Source: Mytilus californianus
Taxonomy: Eukaryota
Direction of reading: 5' to 3'
DNA: 64,000 nt
Assembly: GCF_021869535.1 (NCBI RefSeq)
Contig: NW_026262734.1
Location: forward strand, 21,514,001-21,578,000
A program made the translations under genes and the position numbers. Below are positions 27,324 to 39,100 of this stretch, in pieces; the first letter of the stretch is position 1, and each line of letters opens with the position of its first letter. The notes beneath the pieces are model-generated. The model saw nothing but the letters and a program-made list of their open reading frames with translations, was not told the DNA's origin and ran no database searches.

Positions 27324-28637
27324 CTTCAACATCATTATTTGTGCGAATGGAATGTTGGAAGATTGACCATGTTCTTGGACACCAATATCGACCTTCGAAC
27401 CATGTTGAACTGATGTATACAACGAGCTCTTTTAATTCCTGGGAGTTTGCACGTTCTTTCAGTGTATTGAAAGCTGGTCTTATATCCGAGTGAGGCAAGA
27501 AAGGCAGAGCCATCAACGTACGGATGTATCTATATTCCACTCCTCTTGAGCTGTACGTTGTTTTCAGTCCCAAATCTTGAACTTTCCGCCAAATGGCTTG
27601 ACCGAAATGGAAAGCACAACCTTTGATGCTTGCATTTGGAAAGATCTGTCGTATTGCTTTCCAAGCACCTGTTAAGAGAAAATGAAAGATTAAACCACTT
27701 ACTAAGTCATTAGCAATTCTATGTATTGTCAATCGTCTATAATTAGAGGTTGCTAGTGTCTAAATCCACCGTACTCAAAAGTGTACTAGAGTTTTCAGTT
27801 AATTTTACACCAATTTAAAGTTATTTCGATTTATTTTTCAATTTACCTTTTTCAAAGTCCAAGCAAAACCCTTCCACATGGAGTACACCAATCTTCTTCT
27901 TCAAACATTCAAGAACCTACATGTATATATAATAGGAGATTTAGATACAAATATATCAGGGGTACAAAGATACAACGAAAGATATACAAAACATTCTATA
28001 CATGTAAAGTGTACATGTTTTTAATTTAACCTTCAACTTTCAAATTTAAAATGGTTAAACGTCACATTGACGCATCTTTTGATCGTTTGATGCATCTCCA
28101 GTAGGTGAAATTGCCTTTAGACATCTAAAATATAAAGAATATACATGTCGTACAGTAATTAACTTATCTTAGTAAACCGCTAATATTTCAAGGATATCAA
28201 AAGTCTAACTTTAATTTCATAATTCATATTCATACCATTTATAATTTTAAGTGGATACCTTTTTGCCAAAGCTTTAAAAAGATAATTGTCGAGAGATATC
28301 AATTCTGTACTTAGAAAAAAATATATACCTTCTTTGTGTATTCGTAACCGTCACTGCTAACCAGTTTTAAATTACTTCTTTGTGTCCCCTTTTCTATTAT
28401 AGAAAATGTAGGTGGACCATCTGGTAAAATTGTGTCAGGCAACTCCGGCTCTTGTATGGAACTGTGAAAATAAACGAAAACATAATAAGCATTCTGTGAA
28501 AGTAAGGACTAGTTTTGAAGCTATGAAATGCAATATTTATTTGTGTAAACACTTTTCAAAGAAATCAATATGTTTTTTTTTTTCATGTTATGACATATTT
28601 TATGAAAGTCGAAAAATTCATTTAAGTAAAACATTTG

Positions 28638-28675
<38 letters not shown>

Positions 28676-29920
28676 TACTTTTCAACAATCTCCTGGTCGT
28701 CATTTTCATCTTGGTGATGGGTAAAGTCAAATGACGCATCAAGTGGTAAGGGCGATAGAGGATGCACACTGGTTGTTCTGTTTGAATGTGTCTGAGGTGC
28801 ATCGGGCAGTGAAGGGCTGAGTATTCTCGTTGTATTATATGTTGGTGGCTGCATTAATGACTGTTCTGGTGCCACACTTACAACGTTATATGTCCTGTTA
28901 GGTGACAATGGCGACAGAATACGTCTTGGCACTCGTAATAAACCACTTCTGTGTGGTGTATTAACTGGCGATGCATGGGGAAGATTTGTTGGATTGCTCG
29001 TAGCTGAAGGTACTTCTGTGAATGTGGAATTTATAGAGTTTGATTTTCTGCTAATCAAGGAGATATTGAAGGTACCATATCCTGTCAGTGTGGAACGTTG
29101 CTCACTGTCTTGCTCTAATCTGGTGGATTCTACAGGAGCATTTTCTGTTGTGTTCTTGCATAGATTGCAAGTAAATGCAATGTCAAGCTTTCCTTTCATA
29201 AGACGACGATAGTCTGTTTGATTAATGCCTGAAAATGTGATCATATACGTGCATTTTTTATGTTGAAAATTCGAGAACAAATAATAATGAAAATAACAAG
29301 ACTTGGAGCGAGATAATTTTATAGAGTCAAAGTAAGGAGACACTTCAGTGATGTACTTATGTATAAAGTTTAATATGTGTTTTCCTACTCAGTATTTACT
29401 TTAATATATTGAACTACGGAAAACTACGCTCTTCTTAGTATTAATTTAAATAAAAGGAAGAACATCGGAATGACATTAGATGTGTTAACTATATATACTA
29501 GTATATATATGTGATACATTTTAAAGACAATTATTTCAGGTTAACGGACAAAATGTCCCAAAATTGATAGAAAACGTAACAATTTATTACTAGTAATTAT
29601 CCATATGTTGCATAAATAGTAACAAGTTCTTAAAATAATATTTTATTATAAATAAGATAACTGTATGTAGCATTTTTTCATAAGCATTTTAAGATGATGA
29701 TTCATCTAACTAAATCATAAACAAAATTGTAAGATAAAAATTCGTTGAAATAGTGAGAGAAAAAAATTAAAAACAAATTCAATATATTAATATGTAATTA
29801 ATATATATACATACCTGTATTACAAACTCTGTGTACCCATCTTTCACAGTTATCACAGGTCAGTGCTTGTTGTCTGGTAGTGACAACACGGGAACACTCG
29901 ACACAATGGTCTGTGCCCAT
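27324..29920 (-). pseudogene. PHD-finger + FLYWCH + MULE DDE transposase, disrupted
   Basis: Exons: 29920-29815 (MGTDHCVECSRVVTTRQQALTCDNCERWVHRVCNT) and 29228-28679 (GINQ...FTCNLCK, then an S/T/P-rich linker) form a PHD finger. 28461-28329 (FSIIEKGTQRSNLKLVSSDGYEYTKK) and 28124-about 28065 (NFTYWRCIKRSK, then stop) give the FLYWCH start. 27916-27847 (...CLDFEK) and 27668-27324 (GCAFHFGQAIWRK...RTNNDVEG) give the MULE DDE part. The region expected to carry the first catalytic Asp is missing. Confidence 0.8.
28641..28672. repeat. (TA)n microsatellite
   Basis: About 16 TA units inside a transposase intron. Confidence 0.95.
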
Positions 29921-31472
29921 TTTTGGACGAAAGTATTAAATATTAAAGCGGATATACAGAGCAATTCGTGAAACAATTTAAAAATATTAAAAGACTATGA
30001 TTATATTTTTAGTTTGTTACCAGATATATATGTACTTTTTACGCAATAAATTTAAAAAGAGGCGGTACTTGACATTTTAATTGGTATGCATTTGTCACAT
30101 GGAGTTCAGCAGCATTAACTCAAGCTGCTATACTAACGGGATATCATAAAAATGTTATCAGGCTGTCATTAAATACCGCTGTTATTAATTATCATGTGAT
30201 AATTATACTGCAATATATAATCAACACCTGTTTCCTGAAACTTCTCTAATTAAAAGGATAAAGGTAGCCATCCTATTCTTTTTATTGCAGTTAATTGGAG
30301 ATAATCATAAAATCATAACAATATAATCAATAAAATACATAATTTAAATAGGAAACAATAATAAAATCATTGACAATGTTACATATTTATTACAGTTTAG
30401 TGTTACAACAGTTTATTAGATACGTTGAAAAACGGGGATGCAATTTTTAATGTTTATCTAACTTTTTATAGAAAAAGAAAAAGAAAAAAAATGAATTTCA
30501 GCGTAAAATATATTAAATACAAACACAAATATTTATTTATGCTCAATTTTACATAATGATTTTCTATTTTCAAAACTATTTTTAAAAGACGTTTTTGTCT
30601 ATTGGCACAATAATATATCTGACACATTTTTATTGGACCGAGTTTGTAATATGCCGAGTTTGTAATGTGCCGAGTTTGCACTATGCCGAGTTGACATGTG
30701 CCGAGTTTGTAATGTGCCGAGATGTCTTGCTTCGGTTAAATCTTACTATTTAAGCCTGTTAGTCAGGCACTGATGGCTGCGTTTTCTATTCTTTTTCTGT
30801 AAAAAGGTAAAACAAAAGCAAACGAACAAATTACTACCTTTAAAAAGATTAATGCTCGGAATTATACAAACAAAATATACATGTTACAAAATGTGCATAG
30901 CTTAATTGTTCATTGTTCCAACTTACCAAACAGCGGGAATACAATAAATAATGCGAAATATGTAGACACTGGATTAGACAGACATAATTTAGCTTATTGG
31001 AATAGAAAGGGAGATAATCAATATTAAAAAGTGATGGAAGGAAAAGCCAAAGGAAAATATTGACAACAAACACAAATACGATATGGAAATGAGAGGAAAT
31101 TAGGTAACTAGCAATGTTTCATTTACGATGAAGACAATATCAGTTAAATGAAAAAAAAAAAAAATGATGCTGTGAATATTGTGGATCGTCAGATGGCAGT
31201 CTCTCTTTTTAATTTTATATTTTTTGTCATAATTATCTATCTCAGTATCCTGGGAACAGTATATCTATATATATATGTTCCTGCAGTATCTGACAGTTGT
31301 AATTAAAAAAAAGTGTGATTTGATTTTTTATTAGTATAATTAATTACTATGACAAATTACATCATAACAATTGGACATACAATCAAAGATTGAAAAAAAA
31401 GATTGGAACAAATTAATTGAACTAATACACCTAATCACTATTTATTCCATTCCGGATAAGTTCTAAAATTAC

Positions 31473-32467
31473 GGTAGGTCTTTTCACCACCGCACACCAC
31501 CGAACACCTCAAAACACCGCTGAACACCCCAAAATAATCTAAATCTATGAAAAAAGACAATATTTTATTATGTTATCTTATCTATTTTAGGTATTTTAGT
31601 AAAAAGCTTGACAAATAAAAAGGAAACGAAACCATGCAATTAATAACACCCAAAAAGTAGAAGAGTCATCAACACTGCAAAACACCGTCGAACACCCATA
31701 ATTATACTTTTTTTATCATTTTTTTTTAATTTATTTATTTTAACTTTTGTTGTAATGAGGGGGGTAGGACCTTTATCGGGACTCCGGGATCGGGTGTTTT
31801 TAAGCTCGGGATTGATCCTTTCGTGATCAGGGAATTCTTTTTTCGAATTTAGGGATGTCGGGATTTAAATTTTTTTTAAATTCGGGACCTCAGGATTCCA
31901 TGTTTTTAAGCCCAGGATTTCGGGATCAGGACACTGCAGAACACAAGAAATATATAGTTTTTGTCATCCAAGCTCCCGTGTTCTGAAATTGTTCAGTAAA
32001 TTGATATTCCAATGAAGTGTCGTTTTTGTCCAGAATAAAAAATACAAACAAATATTTATTAAGAAATATAACTTTTATTTGTTTGTTTGTTAAAAACTAA
32101 GGCAGTATCAGGAAGGCGAAATTGAACTACAGAATGACAAAAAACAGACCCTAAAACTACATAAATATATATATTGAACAAAATAAAAAAAGAATTCATC
32201 TGCTCAGAACCAAAAAAATACCTAAAATAATTATATTGAAATATACATTGAATCATTATGTATTTGATTCACAGAAACAATGACATAATAAATAGACTTT
32301 CACAAACGCTACATGTGTATCACTGTTAAATTGGTTTTTGAAATTGCGATACAAAATCAACAAATTCAACAGTTTTCTGCTTTAATTGACACACATTATT
32401 GATTTTTTCATAGTTTTTATTCACTTTTGGGGTGTTTGGCGGTGTTCGGCAGTGAAAAGACCTACCC
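31473..32467. mobile_element. Non-autonomous Mutator-like element with 9-10-bp TSD
   Basis: TIRs ggtaggtcttttcacc.ccg..cacc... and ...ggtgttcggcagtgaaaagacctaccc. The direct repeat ctaaaattac lies at 31463-31472 and 32468-32477. No ORF. A different G-rich repeat (cgggat motifs) is nested at about 31755-31935. Confidence 0.75.
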
Positions 32468-33195
32468 CTAAAATTACACAACTTTTTCATCCAGTTGAAG
32501 CTATCTGGGACCCTGTTTAAACAATGCACCATGCATGATACTTTTTAATGAGACATGTTTAAAACATCGTAAATACTTCAAACAAAATATCTTTTTGACT
32601 ATAATTTGAGTTTCAAAAAAAGTCATGAAAGTGGATCATAATCTATCAAAGTTTCCTATTGATCGCTTTCTAAATTTTTCCCTTCCTCAGCTCGTTACTG
32701 ATGACCTTTGTTTTTTTCCCTGTTGACCCAAACAGGAAGTTGTCTAAATAACTGTTTTTTCCGGATTGGACTGAAAAGCGATAAGGTGTATAGACATAGT
32801 TACACTAGTTACACTTGTATGCAAATGTGTCTGCCATTACTTAAAATCACACAAGTTCCTGTAAAATTTGACATCACAATTTAAAAAATTTGATGTCATA
32901 ATTAAAAAGTGATTGTTACTTGACGTGCGAAGGTTTTTCGGAGACAGATCTAAGGTCATTAGGAGACAGATCTAATGTCATTCGGAGACGGATCTAAGGT
33001 CATTCGGAGACTAAATTCAGCTAAATACCTTATAGCCTGCAGCACCACTACTGAGTGCTTCAAGGAGAAACTCACCAAAGAAATTATCCTTGATGCTTAC
33101 CAATACCTACATGCATAATCCATAACTTTTTTTTTATCTAATATACAACAATGTATTTGACAAAGAAATCCTATGTATAAATCATACATTTCAGA

Positions 33196-36100
33196 ATGTT
33201 TGGTAAGGTAGATGCTCAGAAGAAAAGTTTTTTAGACCAAACAAAAGCACTAAGAGATGACAGAGCCTATGAGAAGAAGAGACAGATTGCAGTTATCAAA
33301 ATTCAGGCGAGAAGAACCAAAATCTTTAGATTTATATGATAAAGCCCTTGGTGTCTATTCTGGTTTTGAAACCATTTGAATGCCATTTTCATTTCTTTCT
33401 TCAGGCTCAGGTTAAACCTTTGTATATAATTCATACTCCAAGTTAAACTTTATAGACTTGCAATTTTTATACGACCGCAAAAAAATTTTGTGGTCGTATA
33501 TTGGTATGACGTTGGCGTCGTCGTCGTCGTCGTCGTCGTCGTCCGGCGTCGTCGTCGTCGTCCTGCGTCGTCGTCCGAATACATATTGGTTTTCGCACTC
33601 TAATTTTAGTTTAAGTGAATGGATCTTTTTGAAATTTGACCATAAGGTTAAATACCACAAAAGGAAGGTTGGGATTGATTTTGGGGGTTATGGTACCAAC
33701 AGTCAAGGAATTAGGGGCCAAAAAGGGGCCAAAAATGAGCATTTTCTAGTTTCCAGACAATAACTGTGGAACGGTGTATGGATCTCTCTGAAATTATACT
33801 ACAAGTTTCCATACCACAAAGGGATGGTTAGGATTTGCTTTGGGGGGTTATGGCTCATACCGTTTAGGAATTAGGGGCAAAAAAGGGGGAAAAACAAGGT
33901 TGTCCTGGTTAATGGACAAATACTTTAGTACAAAACATAATTTAAAGCAGTGTAAGGGAGATAAATCAAATACATCATTGAAATTATCTCCCTTACATTG
34001 CTTTTAAATTATGTATAAAGTAATGGTTAATGAACAATAAAGATAATCTAAAACAGTGTAAGGGAGGTAATCCAAATACAACGTTTTGGTTACTTCCCTT
34101 ACACTGCTTTTAAATTATGTTTAAAGAAATGCATATTTATAAAGGAAGACCAGTAAAAATATCTGCAAATGTTTTCATCTTTTTTTTTTACAAAAAAATC
34201 CATATGAAAGATTTGACACTATATTTTTATTAATTCTATTATAAAATAGATTAAGTTAGCACTATGGTAAATTTAAATGGGTAATTATGGTTGCCAACTC
34301 CATTGGAAATTTGAATTGAGATTATGACCATATCTTGAGGGAAAGAATTTTTTTGGGGGAAAAAGGGGGGGGGGATAAAAAGAAATTGTGGGGGGCCAAT
34401 TTTTTCTCATTTCAGATTTCAGAAATTAAAAAGAATTATTCTTCAAATATTATTTTTTTTTCAAATTTCAAATATTGAAAAATTTCAAGAAGTAATCTTT
34501 AATTGCACAGTATGGCGCATTAGATTTGTAAAATCTTTGATCACATTTATTTATTTGTTATGCCGAATCTAACAGTGTATTTAGATTTTTAATTTTGGGT
34601 CCAGTTTTCAAATTGGTCTACATTAATGTCCAAAGGGTCCAAAATTAAACTTTGTTTGATTTTAGCAAAAATTGAATATATGAGGTTCTTTGATATGCTG
34701 AATCTAAACATGTATTTAGATTTTTGATTTTTGGCCCAGTTTTCAAGTTGGTCCAAATTGGGGTCCAAAATTAAACTTTGTTTGATTTCAACAAAAATTG
34801 AATATATGGGGTTCTTTGATATGCTGAATCTAACCATGTATTTAGATTTTTTATTTGTGGACCCCGTTATCTAATTGGTTCATATTGAGGTCAAAAGGGT
34901 CCAAAATTAAACTTTGTTTGATTTCATCTAAAATTGAATTATTGGGGTTCTTTGATATTCCAAATCTAACCGTGTATTTAGGTTTTTAATTTTGGGTCCT
35001 GTTTTTTAAATTGGTCTACATTGAGGTCCAAAGGGTCCAAATTAAACTTAGTTTGATTTTAACAAAAATTGAATTCTTGGGGTTCTTTGATTTGCTGAAT
35101 CTAAACATGTGTTTAGATTTTTGATTATGGGCCCAGTTTTCAAGTTGGTCCAAGATAGGTTCCAGTATTTAAACTTTGTTTGATTTCAACAAAAATTGAA
35201 TATATGGGGTTCTTTGATATGCTGAATCTAAACATGTATTTAGATTTTTGATTATGGGCCCAGTTTTCAAGTTGGTCCAAATTGGGGTCCAAAATTAAAC
35301 TTTGTTTGATTTCAACAAAAATTGAATATATGAGGTTCTTTGATATGCTGAATCTAACCATGTATTTAGATTTTTTATTTGTAGGCCCCGCTATCAAATT
35401 GGTTCATATTGAGGTCAAAAGGGTCCAAAATTAAACTTTGTTTGATTTCATCGAAAATTGAATTATTGGGGTTCTTTGATATGCCAAATCTAACCGTGTT
35501 TTTAGATTTTTAATTTGGGTCCTGTTTTTTAAATTGGTCTTCATTGAGGTCCAAAGGGTCCAAAATTAAACTTAGTTTGATTTTAACAAAAATTGAATTC
35601 TTGGGGTTCTTTGATATGCTGAATCTAAACATGTGTTTAGATTTTTGATTATGGGCCCAGTTTTCAAGTTGGTCCAAGTTGGGGTCCAAAATTATATTTT
35701 TTTTGATTTCAACAAAAATTGAATATATGGGGTTCTTTGATATGCTGAATCTAACCATGAACTTAGATTTTTTATTTGTGGCCCCGCTATCAAATTGGTT
35801 CATATTGAGGTCAAAAGGGTCCAAAATTAAACTTTGTTTGATTTCATCAAAAATTGAATTATTGGGGTTTTTTGATATTCCAAATCTAACCGTGTATTTA
35901 GATTTTTAATTTTAAGTCCCGTTTTTTAAATTGGTCTACATTAAGGTCCAAAGGGTCCAAAATTAAACTTAGTTTGATTTTAGCCAAAATTGAATTCTTG
36001 GGGTTCTTTGATATGCTGAATCTAAACATGTGTTTAGATTTTTGATTATGGGCCCAGTTTTCAAGTTTGTCTAAGTTGGGGTCCAAAATTAAACTTTGTT

Positions 36101-39100
36101 TGATTTTAACAAAAATTGAATATATGGGGTTCTTTGATATGCTGAATCTAACCATGTATTTTGATTTTGGACATTGGACCATAATAGGTAAATTAAAAAA
36201 AATCAAGTTCTTAGACCACATTCTTTCTGTGTCAGAAACCTATGCTGTGTCAAATATTTAATAACAATCCAAATTCAGAGCTGTATCAAGCTTGAATGTT
36301 GTGTCCATACTTGCCCCAACTGTTCAGGGTTCAACCTCTGCGGTCGTATCAAGCTGCGCCCCAGCGAAGCATTTTATTATGTCTTATTATGGATAGAAAC
36401 ATTTTTTTTTGCAAATTGTAATTGTTTATTGTCATTTCGCATTTTGGGTCCTTGATCGATCAAGTAAAATAAAAAAAAAATTATAAAAATATTTGTTGAA
36501 AATATGATACATGGAAAATTTGGTTTGGTACTATAAACAAGATTGAACACTTATTATTTGTGACTATACTTATAAATAGATGTCGTACAACAATGTTATA
36601 AACAGTACAGGAAGACATAGATATAAGAAGATGTGGTATGAGTGCCAATGAGACAACTCTCCATCCAAGTAAAAATTTATAAAAGTAAACCATTATAGGT
36701 CACAGTAAGGTCTTCAACACGGAGCCTTGGCTCACACCGAACAGTAAGCTATAAAGGGCCCCAAAAAAATTACTAGTGTAAAACCATTCAAACGGGAAAA
36801 CCAACGGTCTAATCTATATAAAAAACGAGAAACGAGAAACACTTATGAACCACATCAACAAACGACAACTACTGAACATCAGATTCCTGAACATGCATGA
36901 TATGATCATGATGATCTTCTGCAATGTACAGAGTAAACATGGTAGACTTGTTCAGTATTTAAAACCTGGATACATCACATTTTAACATTTTTAAATAGAA
37001 GAACAATGTAGAATGAATAACAATTACATTGTATTTGAATAAGATTTTAAACTTTAGACCACTAAAAGATAGAATAAGAACAGTATTGTACATGCACTCA
37101 TGATTCTGAGAGAAGTAGGCTTTTAATTATCTGTTTTACAATTTATTTTACAGTGTGTGGTACGTGGATTCCTTGAGAGACGTAGACTTACAAGATCAAT
37201 AAAGTAAGAAACTGACCAATTCTGTCGTGAGAATCTACATATTATAAAAGATGATTTCTGTGTCTACATGAACAAAACTTCATGCAAATAGCTAATTAAT
37301 ACAAAAACAAAAAGACATTTGTAGGTCCACATACACTTAAACAAGATAGGTATTGACTATGTCGCATAACCTGTGATATAAGTAGTTGTTGATGATTGAA
37401 GGTGATGGCACTCTGATTTACTACCCTCCTATGTATAACCTTTGTTATAAAACACTGAGATATTTCAGATTGAATCACCCAAAATCACCAGCATTCACTG
37501 TGAGATTCACCGTCGTGGAGAGTAATCTTTTAAACAAGTAACACCTTGTACAGATTGTCGGTATTTAAATATAACAATAAACAAATATATACGAGATATA
37601 TTCAGCTTAAAATCACAAAGACATATAGAATAATTGCATTTTTGAAAATGACTGTATCAGCAAGAATATCAAGCAAGGGCTGGCTGATGAAGTCATTTAA
37701 AAAAATAAAATGTTATTATTCTTTTTATCGTCAATTTTGTCTAAACAATATTATTTTTGGTTTAAGAATACAAACTAAAGTGAAATAGTTAGTAAAATTA
37801 TGTTTATGCATACTATACTTGTGATAGTTATTCGGTTGTATGAATGAAGTCGCATCCATTGCATTGATTAATTGACGTGGATAGACATGAAAGTGTGACA
37901 TTGCTGCACTGTTACATGAGGTCATTGTTGCACTGTTACGTGAGGTCATTGCCTAATATTTTTTAATATCAGGTCCTGTCCATGATATAGAAAAATATTA
38001 GGCAGTAAGATCATAGGGAAAATGTACAAATTGCAGATAAAGTTAAATGAACCACATTATAAAAATTATTTTCAGCACAAAAACAAAACTCGGGCAGTAA
38101 TAACAGTTTGTTAAATATACAAACAGAAAGACACAGGTACACAAATAAAACAATACTTTGTTATTCTTGTATTATTTACATATCTACAATTACTTGAATA
38201 TGATTAATTGTAAGAATTTCTCTTCTTGGCTTACACTTCAATAGACCTTGTTTTCAAAACTAGTTTTTCTACCTATGTTAACGCTGTGTCTATTTCACTT
38301 TTGCATGATACACATGAATGGAATCCTTGGGTTGGGTTCAAAAAAAGTGAAATTAAAAGAAAAAAAAGAACAATTGTTCAGGTAAAGAATTATAAGGATT
38401 AAACACATTTTGTCTAAAGATTATTGATGTGTAAATTGGTCGCTGACTCACAAACTTTACATAAAAGTCGTGACTTTTATTCAGTTTGTCAGTTAACTGC
38501 CCCAATTAACAAATCAATAACATCTAGAAAAAAAAAATTAAAATCTTATAGAAATTAACATGCAGCTTTTGTATGAATGTTTGTATTTGGCAGATTTTTA
38601 ATGAAACCTAGACCATTATAAGTAGCACACTTCGAAAAAAGTAATGCAACAAAATATTTGATATAACCATGCTAATTTAATGTTGAAATTGACTTATTCT
38701 GAAATGATGAATACTGTTTTCAGTTAGCCTGGTATTTGAATGTTATTTATTTTCCATTAACAAATTATCTCCCCTGAACATCATAGATACACGGATGGAT
38801 ATCTTTTATGTTTGATTACAGAAATGAAGTATCTGGCTTGTTACAGATTCCTACAGACAAAGATAGTGAATATCATCCAAAGTTGAAGCCAGGTAACAAC
38901 ACAAAAAATAACATTAACCTATTAATTTTAGTATGCTAGGTCTATATTTATACAAATGTTGTTTCATCAAATGTTGAAGCACTGAAAAAAAACCCCAAAA
39001 AGACCAAAAGTTAAGCCAAACCTAGAACTATATGTTATTTATTATAGCCGTTAAAAGTCTATAATATTTGATAAAGGGAAGATTTTTACAAAGCAAAGTT

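Larger units (their letters stand above)
26892..30733 (-). mobile_element. Mutator-like (MULE) DNA transposon, internally deleted
   Basis: TIRs of about 110 bp are built from repeated aaactcggcaca motifs (26892-27000; 30636-30733). The 9-bp TSD is agttaaatc / ggttaaatc (8/9 match). It contains an intron-split transposase on the minus strand. Confidence 0.85.

Noticed and set aside
33412-33763. Poly-Ser and poly-Asp/Thr ORFs
   Set aside because: They are produced by the (GTC)n microsatellite of the HINE.
34589-36261. Cluster of similar ORFs (MVRFSISKN...) on both strands
   Set aside because: These are translations of the satellite array inside the HINE, with no splice or domain support.
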